Shown in pieces: positions 30,447-40,846 of a stretch of 64,000 nt of DNA (position 1 is the first letter of the stretch; the number at the start of each line of letters is the position of its first letter). The stretch is from assembly GCA_963720565.1 (NCBI GenBank), contig CAVRFW010000009.1, positions 192,001 to 256,000 of the forward strand, in the 5' to 3' direction. Made by a program: the position numbers and the translations under genes. Source of the stretch: Candidatus Bathyarchaeota archaeon (GTDB lineage Archaea > Thermoproteota > Bathyarchaeia > Bathyarchaeales > Bathycorpusculaceae). Below the pieces are notes generated by a model. The model had not been told where the DNA came from and ran no database searches. It saw only the letters and a program-made list of their open reading frames with translations.

Positions 30447-30507
30447 CCTGCCTTTCTTAATACTATTATCGATTTATCTTATAAACGCATATGCGTAACG
30501 GAAGCAG

Positions 30508-32055
30508 TTAGAAAAGCCTGAGTGCTTTCTTGACTTGCTTATTCAGTTTTACAAATCTCTGTTGTGCGGTCTGCGCAAGCGCTTTCCTGAGCAGCTTCCC
30601 TTTATTATTCAAGGTTTTTATAGTTCTCAATTGCTGCGCTAGAACTTGGTCGTGCAACGAATACTCTGCCCAACTCTCAAAATCTCCTCGGCAGTTGTGG
30701 AATTCAATTGATTTCTCATCCACTGATTGAAGGGCCTTTGCGAAACCTTTGAGGCTCCAGACCATTACGCCAGTGAAAAACTCTTTGCCGGCGTCTGTGT
30801 AGAATAAGAAGGGATCGTTTGCAGTGAAGATGGTGGTTCTGACTCGATTTTCAAAGTCAAGTATCGAAGATTGGGCAGTTACGAAAGCATCTGCAGCCGA
30901 CTGGTAGGGACTGAAGTAACTATGTACTTCGCCTGGTCCGCCGCCAGCTGTGAACATGTAATAGAGGTGGTCGCTTGTTTGGAAGTGTCGCCAAAGTCTT
31001 AGGTATTCTGGGTCCTCAGCTTCTTTTATGAAGGGTTCAAGTCTCCGCAAATTCGTATAGTAAGCCCATTGCATAGCGTTGCCGAGCCAACCGCTGCTGT
31101 CGCGTTCTAAGTCAGCCCATGAAACGGTTCCGCCCGATTCTGGTACGTTAATTTCTCCTTGAGCTTGATATTTTTCGATGACCTCTGAAGGCGTACTCAT
31201 TTGTAGATGTGGCCACTTGAGTATCTCTTCGGGCAGGTGACGAAGAAAGCTGTGGATACCTGTTTCTGGCCAGTGGTGTTCTCCAAAAGTTTCGTAGTCC
31301 GGGAAGATGTTTATGCAGTCGCCACGGGTATCTGCTAGCCAATGAGCGTATTTGTCTGCCGTAAGCGGCCACTCACTCCACCATCGGGCGCTGAAACGAA
31401 AGCCAATGTCGTCTGTGAGCTTGTAATTGCGGAGCAATATCCGAATCTTGCTTGAGCCTTTAGGCTTGTAGAGGTAGTTTGGGGATTTTTCGTGAAGTAT
31501 TTTTTCCACACCTTCAGTGAATATACCTTTGTATCCGAGATTTTCAACTACTTTTGCAATGGTGTTATTGTAGAGAAGTTCTGTATTCTCGAAAACGCTG
31601 GGTGAGTATCCGAGCAAGCTTTTGACTGCCTGGTGGTGCATTTTTACCTGTTCTATGAATTCTTCCTTCTCGGGGCAAAGGCTGCTAATCGAATGATAGT
31701 ATGTCTGATTTAGGAATTCGACGCACCCTGTGCTAGCGAGCTGTTTAAACGTTTCAAGGAGGTCAGCGTTGAACTTTTCGCACTGCTCCAAAAAAACGCC
31801 TGATACACTAAAAGAGACTTTTACTTTTCGTTTCTCCTTTCTGTACTCATCAATAACGTTGAGGAGTAATTCGTTCGATGGGAAATAGCATTTTTTTGAG
31901 GCGCGCTCAAAAATCTCCCTATCCACGCAATTGTCGAAATAATACTCAAAAAGTTCTTCCTTCTTCAACCGCCTAAAAACTTGGTTTTCCCAGAACAAAT
32001 TTCGCTTCAACCTGTGTGGTTGATGCACTTCAAACACAAACACTATATCCGTCAA
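30508..32055 (-). CDS. GH57 alpha-amylase family protein with C-terminal DUF5752-like domain
   Basis: EVHQP, NTEL, DYETFGEH and TSDHLYYM; C-terminal SIEFH..RGDFESW. Confidence 0.9.
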   Translation of the reverse strand: MTDIVFVFEVHQPHRLKRNLFWENQVFRRLKKEELFEYYFDNCVDREIFERASKKCYFPSNELLLNVIDEYRKEKRKVKVSFSVSGVFLEQCEKFNADLLETFKQLASTGCVEFLNQTYYHSISSLCPEKEEFIEQVKMHHQAVKSLLGYSPSVFENTELLYNNTIAKVVENLGYKGIFTEGVEKILHEKSPNYLYKPKGSSKIRILLRNYKLTDDIGFRFSARWWSEWPLTADKYAHWLADTRGDCINIFPDYETFGEHHWPETGIHSFLRHLPEEILKWPHLQMSTPSEVIEKYQAQGEINVPESGGTVSWADLERDSSGWLGNAMQWAYYTNLRRLEPFIKEAEDPEYLRLWRHFQTSDHLYYMFTAGGGPGEVHSYFSPYQSAADAFVTAQSSILDFENRVRTTIFTANDPFLFYTDAGKEFFTGVMVWSLKGFAKALQSVDEKSIEFHNCRGDFESWAEYSLHDQVLAQQLRTIKTLNNKGKLLRKALAQTAQQRFVKLNKQVKKALRLF

Positions 32056-32268
32056 AGTGGTTTGCCTTGCAAATCATTATCAATAAAAACGTTTATTTCT
32101 AGTTTGTCATCCTGAACTGTGCCAACTCGGTATGTGCATTGGAATTAAGACTGAAGAATTCCTTTGCATAATTCAGACTACATTTCTCCAAGATCTATGT
32201 TGATTTTCGGTCGGAAAATTAATTAAGTCAGAGATGCTGATACACTCGAAAAACATAGGTGATTCTGA

Positions 32269-33288
<1,020 letters not shown>

Positions 33289-33361
33289 AAACAAGCAACT
33301 AAAAACTTAAAAACAATTCCCAACTTTTCTTTTTTTCAACTTAACATGAGAGTGAGATAGC

Positions 33362-34594
33362 ATGGTGAAGTATCTAACCTTAGACGATGTCCAAGTAAAG
33401 AATAAAGTTGTCCTAGTAAGAGTTGACTTAAACTCAGAAATCGATCCAGAAACAAAAAAAGTAAACAGCGATGTGCGCATACGTGCACACGCAGAGACCA
33501 CGATTAAAGAACTAGCAGAAAAAGGCGCCAAAGTAGTTATCCTAGCACATCAAGGCCGAAAAGGCGACGCTGATTACACACCACTTAAACAACACGCTGA
33601 TATCCTAGGCAAAATCCTAAATTGCAAAGTCAAATACGTTGACGACGTCTACGGCGAAAAAGCAAAAAAAGCAATCAAGAAACTGCAGGGCGGCGAAATC
33701 CTCGTGTTAGAAAACGTGCGCTCATTCGATGGAGAAACAAAAAACGGCACCCCCGAACAGCAAGCTAAAACTGAACTTGTACAGAACCTTGCACCATTGG
33801 CTGATTTGTTTGTCAACGATGCTTTCGCTGCAGCCCATAGAGGTCACGCATCTATGGTGGGATTCACCGCCTTGCTGCCGAGCGTTGCCGGACGAATCAT
33901 GGAAAGTGAGCTCAAATCGCTAAGTAAAGCGTTAGAGAAGCCTGAGAAGCCTTGCGTTTATGTGATGGGCGGAGCTAAAGCAGATGACAGCCTTGAAATC
34001 AGCAAGTACGTGCTAAGCAATGGAATAGCAGACTATGTTATTGTCGGCGGCGTAACTGCACAACTATTCCTCGCAGCGAAGGGTATTAACTTAGGCAAGA
34101 GCAACATGGCCTTCCTAGCGAAGAAAGAACTGACTGGGCTGATTCCTGGAATTCAAGCATTGATGAAACAATATCCAGAAAAGGTTGTTGTACCTGTTGA
34201 TTTAGCGCTGGACGTAAATGGCAAGCGAAAAGAAATATCGGTTGCCCAATTCCCTACGGAATACTCTGTTTATGACATAGGAACCAAGACGGTTGAAAAA
34301 TATGCCAAACTCATTTCCAGTGCAAAATCGATAGTAGTTAGCGGTCCCATGGGCGTCTACGAAAACAAGGAGTTCAGTTACGGCACGCGAGGGGTCTTCG
34401 AAGCCATTGCTGCCTCGAAGGGTTTTTCGCTTGCCGGAGGCGGAAACACTATTGCTGCGATTCAGGAATATGGGCTATCAAAGAAGATAGGTTACATAAG
34501 CACGGCTGGTGGCGCACTAATCGAGTTTCTTATGGGTAAAAAATTGCCCGGTGTTGTAGCCCTAGAGAACGCTGTCAAGAACAAGAAAATCTAG
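33362..34594 (+). CDS. pgk: Phosphoglycerate kinase
   Basis: VRVDLN, AHQGR, LENVR, NDAFAAAHR, GGAK and STAGGA. Confidence 0.97.
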   Translation: MVKYLTLDDVQVKNKVVLVRVDLNSEIDPETKKVNSDVRIRAHAETTIKELAEKGAKVVILAHQGRKGDADYTPLKQHADILGKILNCKVKYVDDVYGEKAKKAIKKLQGGEILVLENVRSFDGETKNGTPEQQAKTELVQNLAPLADLFVNDAFAAAHRGHASMVGFTALLPSVAGRIMESELKSLSKALEKPEKPCVYVMGGAKADDSLEISKYVLSNGIADYVIVGGVTAQLFLAAKGINLGKSNMAFLAKKELTGLIPGIQALMKQYPEKVVVPVDLALDVNGKRKEISVAQFPTEYSVYDIGTKTVEKYAKLISSAKSIVVSGPMGVYENKEFSYGTRGVFEAIAASKGFSLAGGGNTIAAIQEYGLSKKIGYISTAGGALIEFLMGKKLPGVVALENAVKNKKI

Positions 34595-34749
34595 AGTCTC
34601 CCCCACTCCTTTTTTATTTGTTTAAACGGGAACTATCTGAATTCTGAAAATCCCTTTTTGAGAAAAAAGTATTCTGTCAAATCGCCATAGAAAGAAACAA
34701 GCGGATTCCGATAAATTTTGGTTACGTATGTAAATATGGCTGCAATTGA

Positions 34750-34956
34750 CTAAGAGTGCCTTCTTTCGTTTTCCCTCATCTGCCTGAGCATTTGTCCGGC
34801 GATGCTTGCTAAGAAGATAATGCTAAAAACCAGTGCACCAATGCCTATTTTGTAGGCTAGTTCCATATCGGAATAAAGCACAGCGAAGATTAGCACCATC
34901 ATAAGTGCTATCGTAAAGACTTCTTGGATGCCATAGGTATTCGATTTGAAACTCAC
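34750..34956 (-). CDS. Small membrane protein
   Basis: Two hydrophobic helices and a charged tail. Confidence 0.55.
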   Translation of the reverse strand: MSFKSNTYGIQEVFTIALMMVLIFAVLYSDMELAYKIGIGALVFSIIFLASIAGQMLRQMRENERRHS

Positions 34957-35235
34957 TTCTTATCCAGCCATTTTAGAGATTTTCCACAGCGACACTTATT
35001 AGCGTTCTCTTTTGCTGTTGTGCCAACTATAGATACGCAGCACACTGAAGAAGAGATTTTTGTTTGTTGAAAACCAAAAAGCGTCTGCTGGTGTTGCCTC
35101 GTCAGCGCCCGAGGTGGCGATGTCTTCCCGTTTAAATTCCTTTAGAAAATGGCTTAAGTTAAGCTTTTATAAGAACGCATATGAGTTGTTAGATGAGAAA
35201 AATGGCGTACTTCCTAGGGTGAGGGCGCAAAACTA

Positions 35236-38200
35236 ATGCCCTATATTAAGAAAATCGAACTCAAAGGCTTCAAGTCCTTCGGGCCTCAGACAGTTAAGGT
35301 AGTTCTAGATAGAGGTTTCACGGCAATTACGGGGCCTAACGGGAGCGGGAAAACCAACATAATGGATGCCTGCTTGTTCTCTTTGGGAGAGCTGAGCACG
35401 AGAAGAATGCGCGCTGAAAACGCTGCAAAACTTATCTTCCATGGTTCTGAAAAAGCAGGTCTCGAAAAGGCAAAGATGGCTAAGGTTATCATTCAATTCG
35501 ACAATTCCGATGGGACAATGCCTATTGACACAGTCACTGTGACCGTTTCGCGCGAAGTCTACAGAAACGGCCAAAGTGTTTACAGGTTGAACGGTAGGAG
35601 AATTTCGCGAGGGCATATTCTTGAAATTCTGTCAATGGCAGCAATAAGCAGCGCTAGTCAAAACATAATCCCTCAGGGTACGATAACACGCTTGACCGAC
35701 GTTAATCCTATGGAGCGCAGAAAAATTATTGAAGACTTGGTTGGAATTGCACAGTACGATGCTGAGAAAATTGAGGCAGAAGAAAAACTGCGTGCAGCAG
35801 ACATTTCAATTCGAACAGCTATGGGAAGAATCGACGAAGTGCAAAAAAGGTTGGACGACCTCGAGCGCGAGCGAAACCAACTTCTAAGATACAGTTTCAT
35901 TCAGGACGAAATTAAAAAGTTTGAAGCTGTGAAAATCTCGCATGAAGTCTTCCAACTAAGCAAACAAGTTGAAGAAAAACAGTCTCAAATAGACAAGATT
36001 CGCGGCAAAGTTGAGCGATTCAGAGAGCTTCGCGACGCGCGGCGGTCAAAAAGACGTGAAATTGAAGGCGACTGGCGGCAACTCAGTTCAGAAATCGTTG
36101 AAGGTGGTGGCTCGCAGGTCCTTAAAGTACAGATCAGAATAGGTGAACTGAAATCGAGACTAACGGAGCTAACTACAAAAATAAGCTCTGGGCAAGCAAG
36201 TTCCGAAAGCCTACGTCGCATAGGAGAAAACAACCGAGAACAGCACCAGTCCATCCAAAAAGAGATTCATGAAAATCGCTTGAAAATAAGATCATATAAA
36301 AACGAACACGAAAAGCTCCAAGCTCAAATTAGCACAAAAGAAGCTGAGCATGAAGCTCTCGCGCAGGAAACTGCCCAACTCTGGGGTGGATTGGGAGAAA
36401 ACAGCCACAAAATACGCGCTGTTGAAATGCAAATTGAAAGCCACCTTAAGCGTCTTGCCTTTCTGAGGTCAGAGTACACGAATGACAAGACAGCTCTCCG
36501 ACAAAACTGTGGAAGGCTCAAGAACCTGAATGTCAGAAATGAAAGGTTCAATTCGAATCTGGCTGAGATCGAAACTTCACTTATCGAACTTGACAAAGTA
36601 CAGAAGGATCAAAAAACCCAACTGAAGAATCTGGAATACACCATAGAGAGAAAGACCGGACAGAAAGAAACAGTAGGCAAGGAAATCGCAGACGCGGGAA
36701 GAATCGCCAATTCCGCCAAAGAGGCGGTGATCGAGTTCGCAACTCAAAGAGACTTGGCTGAGACTGTAGCGGCAGAGGAAAAGGCTCTCAGAAGCATAGA
36801 AGAAATGGGTGAGGTCGGCGCAATCTCCGGAGTCTTAGGTCGACTTCGTAACCTTATCAGAATAGACAAGAATTACAAGAAAGCTATTGAAGCTGCTGCC
36901 ATCGGATGGCTTGATGCACTTGTAGTAAAGGACATTGACTCAGCTTTCATGTGTAGCGAAACACTTAAGCGAATGAAACTCGGCAGAATCAAGATCATTC
37001 CTCTCCAAGGAACCAGCACCTCTAAAACCACAAAAATCCCAGACAGGGGGGGTGTGATTGGTCCTCTCTCTGCATTCATGAAGTTTGACAAAAACAATGA
37101 ACCTGCCGTTAACTACGTTTTCGGGGACACCATAGTGGTTTCAGATGACAAAATTGCCTTCTCTCTCTCAAACAGCGGTTACCGTGCAGTTACAATAAGC
37201 GGTGACTTGTACGAACCCGGTGCTTTTGAAAGCGGCTACTACCGTGCGCCTCTTGATTTTTCAACAATAATTCCCAGTGAAACAGCCATAAAAAGCTTGG
37301 ATGAAGCTGTCGGCGCCCTTCAACTGCATCTTTCACAAAGAGGCAACGACATATCGTCTTTTGAAGAAGAAATCGAAAATGCCAAGATTGAGATGACTCG
37401 TCTGTCAGAATCCATCGCTACCCTAGACAGAGAAATCGTGAGGGTGAAGCGAAGCGTCAAACGAACACGATTCAACGTTAGACATGTGGAAAAGACAAGC
37501 GCAAAATTAGACAGAGAGATTGCAGCCTACAAAGGCCGCATGGGAATGTACAAGTCGGAACGAAACTCGATCAAGAAAACGCTGTTGAGATTGCAGACTG
37601 AATTAGCAACTTTGAGGAAGAAAACTGATCTCGCACATATTCAGGAATTGGAGGTAAACCGAGAGAGAATAGCTGAGGAGATTATTTCTCTCAGGCAGAA
37701 CTTGGGTACAGTTCAAACTGAAATTTCCACTCGGCAATCTCAATTTGACAACGTGCTGCGTGTTGGATACCTGAACTCCAAGATTCAGGTTTCAAAGGTT
37801 GAACAGCAGCAAAGAAAATTGGAAAAGGAAGTGGCAGAAGCTCTGCAAGAACGCGAATCTCTCAAACAAGAATTATCCGAGTTAGACAAGAATCGCATTG
37901 AGCTCTCGAATGCAGTTTTCTCTGCAAGAGAAGAAGCCAAAAAATTCACTACGCAAATAGACGCTATTGACACAGAGCTTCGATTGCTAGATGCGGAATA
38001 CGAGCAGGCTGATCTCCTTCTAAATCAGCTTCAACTAGGCGTACAGACTTCTCAATTGCGGCTTCAGCAGCATCAGAATCAACTCCGGCAATCTGGATAT
38101 GAACAACCTCTGGAGACAACTGAGAAGCAAGTCGAGGAGGCTGAAACGTCAATGCGGATGATGCATTTTGAGCTTGAACGCGTTGGCGCAGTAAACCAGC

Positions 38201-38784
38201 TCGCCCTATCGCATTATGCTGAGCAGATTTCAAGGTATAGAGAGTTATCCTTGCGTTTGAATGAACTTGAAAGAGAAAAACAAGCCATAGTTCAGTTTAT
38301 GGACCAAATCGATAGCAAAAAACGCAAAGTCTTTATGAGCGCATTTGAAAAGATTAACGCGAACCTGCAGTCTTATTTCTCAAAGCTGACTGGTGGTGGA
38401 ACTGCATTTCTGCAACTTGAGAACCCGGATGAACCTTTCCAAGGCGGCATCGACATGATTGTACAATTTCCTAACAAGCCCAGCATTGTTGTCAGTGGTG
38501 CGAGCGGTGGGGAGCGGTCAGTTTCGGCGGTTGCTTTCATCTTCGCGTTGAAGGACTTTTCACCTTCCTCATTCTATATACTCGACGAGGTCGACGCCCA
38601 CCTAGATGCTTTTCATGTTTCAAAACTTGCTGAAGTGCTACTTGAAGAGGCTGGAAAAACCCAGTTCATAGTAATTACCTTAAAGCCTGAAATGGTAAAC
38701 AAAGCTCAAAAAGTCTACGGCGTATATGAACGCAATGGCGTTTCAAGTGTTATTTCTGCAAAGTTTCTGGAGGCGGCCAGTTAA
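35236..38784 (+). CDS. smc: Chromosome segregation protein SMC
   Basis: GFKSF, GPNGSGKTN, long coiled coils, hinge, SGGE and LDEVDAHLD. Confidence 0.96.
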   Translation: MPYIKKIELKGFKSFGPQTVKVVLDRGFTAITGPNGSGKTNIMDACLFSLGELSTRRMRAENAAKLIFHGSEKAGLEKAKMAKVIIQFDNSDGTMPIDTVTVTVSREVYRNGQSVYRLNGRRISRGHILEILSMAAISSASQNIIPQGTITRLTDVNPMERRKIIEDLVGIAQYDAEKIEAEEKLRAADISIRTAMGRIDEVQKRLDDLERERNQLLRYSFIQDEIKKFEAVKISHEVFQLSKQVEEKQSQIDKIRGKVERFRELRDARRSKRREIEGDWRQLSSEIVEGGGSQVLKVQIRIGELKSRLTELTTKISSGQASSESLRRIGENNREQHQSIQKEIHENRLKIRSYKNEHEKLQAQISTKEAEHEALAQETAQLWGGLGENSHKIRAVEMQIESHLKRLAFLRSEYTNDKTALRQNCGRLKNLNVRNERFNSNLAEIETSLIELDKVQKDQKTQLKNLEYTIERKTGQKETVGKEIADAGRIANSAKEAVIEFATQRDLAETVAAEEKALRSIEEMGEVGAISGVLGRLRNLIRIDKNYKKAIEAAAIGWLDALVVKDIDSAFMCSETLKRMKLGRIKIIPLQGTSTSKTTKIPDRGGVIGPLSAFMKFDKNNEPAVNYVFGDTIVVSDDKIAFSLSNSGYRAVTISGDLYEPGAFESGYYRAPLDFSTIIPSETAIKSLDEAVGALQLHLSQRGNDISSFEEEIENAKIEMTRLSESIATLDREIVRVKRSVKRTRFNVRHVEKTSAKLDREIAAYKGRMGMYKSERNSIKKTLLRLQTELATLRKKTDLAHIQELEVNRERIAEEIISLRQNLGTVQTEISTRQSQFDNVLRVGYLNSKIQVSKVEQQQRKLEKEVAEALQERESLKQELSELDKNRIELSNAVFSAREEAKKFTTQIDAIDTELRLLDAEYEQADLLLNQLQLGVQTSQLRLQQHQNQLRQSGYEQPLETTEKQVEEAETSMRMMHFELERVGAVNQLALSHYAEQISRYRELSLRLNELEREKQAIVQFMDQIDSKKRKVFMSAFEKINANLQSYFSKLTGGGTAFLQLENPDEPFQGGIDMIVQFPNKPSIVVSGASGGERSVSAVAFIFALKDFSPSSFYILDEVDAHLDAFHVSKLAEVLLEEAGKTQFIVITLKPEMVNKAQKVYGVYERNGVSSVISAKFLEAAS

Positions 38785-39483
38785 GTGGCAGCACCAATCA
38801 AGAAGCCTTTCTACTTGCGACCTCCATGGAACATCCTCTTTGAATTGAGCAAACTTGACAAACTCACACCGTGGAACGTCAATATTGCCTACTTGCTCCG
38901 ATCTTTTCTTTCAGAAATGGAAAGAATGGGACAAGTGGATTTCCGAGCTTCAGGCGTAGCTTTGGATTCTTCGGCATTAATCTACCTGATGAAGTCCAAA
39001 TTGCTGCTCACTCTTCAAGAGCCGCCTGTTCAGCCTAAAGCGCCGCAAGATTTTGTTCCCCCGCCTTTGTTTTTACCGCTTAGGCAGGAATTAACCTCGA
39101 CAACTATTCAAAACCTACTAGAAGTGCTGGATGAAGTGTTGAAAGGCGAGCACATGTTACATTTGGATAAGGTGGTTGCCCAACCCGTTCTGCCAGCAGT
39201 GTCCGACATTCTGCCTCAGTTTGAGATGTTCTTGGCTGAGATTGAAATGCAGATGGACAAGCTGTATCAAGTCCTCTGCGACAAAGTTAAAGGCGCTGGA
39301 ATAATCGAGTTTTCAAGCTTGACAAAAGGCATCGCCAAGATAGAAGCAATCCGCACGTTTATCCTGCTCCTTTTTCTAGCCCAGGATGGAAAGGTGGGTT
39401 TGTGGCAGGATGAAGAGACTGAAGAATTATACATAGCTGTGGGGAATTTGAACGTCGTCAAAAATGAAAAACCCGTTAGCTGA
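38785..39483 (+). CDS. scpA: Kleisin ScpA
   Basis: PWNVNI, YLMKS and FILLLFLAQDGKV.L.Q; lies between smc and scpB. Confidence 0.88.
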   Translation: MAAPIKKPFYLRPPWNILFELSKLDKLTPWNVNIAYLLRSFLSEMERMGQVDFRASGVALDSSALIYLMKSKLLLTLQEPPVQPKAPQDFVPPPLFLPLRQELTSTTIQNLLEVLDEVLKGEHMLHLDKVVAQPVLPAVSDILPQFEMFLAEIEMQMDKLYQVLCDKVKGAGIIEFSSLTKGIAKIEAIRTFILLLFLAQDGKVGLWQDEETEELYIAVGNLNVVKNEKPVS

Positions 39484-40051
39484 CCCAGGCGCTGAGGTTC
39501 CTCCTACGATTGACGAGAAAACCCAGGGATACCTGAGGCTGTTAGAGGCTGCCTTATACGTTTCGGGTCGTCCCTTGGATCTCAATGAGTTATGTTCAGT
39601 CTTAAGTACTCGGTCTAAGAAGAAAGCAAAGAAACTCACTGACGCGCTCAAACAAGAGTATTCCTCACGAAGCACCGCACTTGAGATACTAGAACTGAAG
39701 GACGAACGCTACGTTCTCCAGCTCAAAGCTGATTTTACACCACTCGTCAGGAAATTCGTCAACAGACCCCTTTTATCTTCTGGCCCATTGAAGACTCTTT
39801 CTTACATCGCTTATAGACAGCCAATTTCGCAAAAAAGAGTGATTGAAGTTCGAGGGCAACACGCATATGGTCACGTGAAACTTCTAAAAGACATGGGGCT
39901 AATAACAGCAGAAAGAAGCGGGCGTTCCATGGCACTTAAAACAACTGACTATTTTGCAGACTACTTCGCGTTAACACATGACACCCCAACCATGAAGAAA
40001 GAGTTGAAGCGCATTTTCGGTGAGGCATTCAAGGAAGACGGCCAAACCTAA
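39464..40051 (+). CDS. scpB: ScpB
   Basis: LEAALY, TLSYIAYRQPI and TT..FADYF. Confidence 0.92.
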   Translation: MKNPLADPGAEVPPTIDEKTQGYLRLLEAALYVSGRPLDLNELCSVLSTRSKKKAKKLTDALKQEYSSRSTALEILELKDERYVLQLKADFTPLVRKFVNRPLLSSGPLKTLSYIAYRQPISQKRVIEVRGQHAYGHVKLLKDMGLITAERSGRSMALKTTDYFADYFALTHDTPTMKKELKRIFGEAFKEDGQT

Positions 40052-40125
40052 AACGGATATGTTTATATGATGAAATAACGGTTGTAGTGAACACTCGAAC
40101 TAATTGACTAAAAAGGGAAATTGAA

Positions 40126-40524
40126 ATGTCAGTTTGGCACGGCAGCATGCGCAAAAGAAAACTAACGGGCGGCAGAAAAAGAGCTCACAGAGTCAAAAGG
40201 AAATATGAGAAAGGCTCCTTCCCAGCAGAGACAATTCTTGGAGAACCGAAACGGAGAAGTACAAAAGTTCAAGGCGGAAAAACCAAAACAAGGGCATTAA
40301 GCGACAAATATGCGTCTGTCACTGACCCGAAAACAGGCAAAACCGAAAAAACCGAGATTCAGCGTGTCGTCAAAAACAGGGCGAATGTCGACTACAATCG
40401 AAGAGGCGTAATTACCAAGGGAGCGGAAATAGCAACCTCACTTGGACTGGCTCGTGTTACGTCGCGTCCTGGAGGCGACGGCGTCATAAACGCTGTGCTC
40501 ATAGGCAAAGAAGAAAAAAGCTAA
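40126..40524 (+). CDS. rps8e: 30S ribosomal protein S8e
   Basis: RKLTGG, ITKGA and VTSRPG.DGVINAVL. Confidence 0.96.
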   Translation: MSVWHGSMRKRKLTGGRKRAHRVKRKYEKGSFPAETILGEPKRRSTKVQGGKTKTRALSDKYASVTDPKTGKTEKTEIQRVVKNRANVDYNRRGVITKGAEIATSLGLARVTSRPGGDGVINAVLIGKEEKS

Positions 40525-40526
40525 CT

Positions 40527-40829
40527 TCAATTCAGTTTTTGAGGCTCGCTTCGCATCTTCAACAACTGCTTGGCAATACTCTTCAATATCTGCTCTTTCG
40601 ACACTTTCTTTTCAACGAGTAGCATTCCCGTCTTAAGCCAAGGATTCTTAGGATAACCAACTTCCAGAACAATTTCGTGTTTTAAGCCAAGCTTTGAAGC
40701 AGCTTCCTGAATTTCCAAACTCTTCGGGGACTGCACCGCCATATTCTTCGATACTCTGCGTCCTTCATTTCTTGTTCTAGCTATGTCAAAGTATGCTGGC
40801 CAGATAATTGCTTTGTCTTGTTTACGCAT
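40527..40829 (-). CDS. srp19: Signal recognition particle protein SRP19
   Basis: IIWPAYFD, EGRRV and YPK.PW. Confidence 0.93.
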   Translation of the reverse strand: MRKQDKAIIWPAYFDIARTRNEGRRVSKNMAVQSPKSLEIQEAASKLGLKHEIVLEVGYPKNPWLKTGMLLVEKKVSKEQILKSIAKQLLKMRSEPQKLN

Positions 40830-40846
40830 GTAAGTTTTTCACCTTG

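Noticed and set aside
35085..35130. GC-rich hairpin upstream of smc as a possible riboswitch or SRP RNA fragment
   Set aside because: A single stem with several G-U pairs and no family consensus; far too short for SRP RNA.
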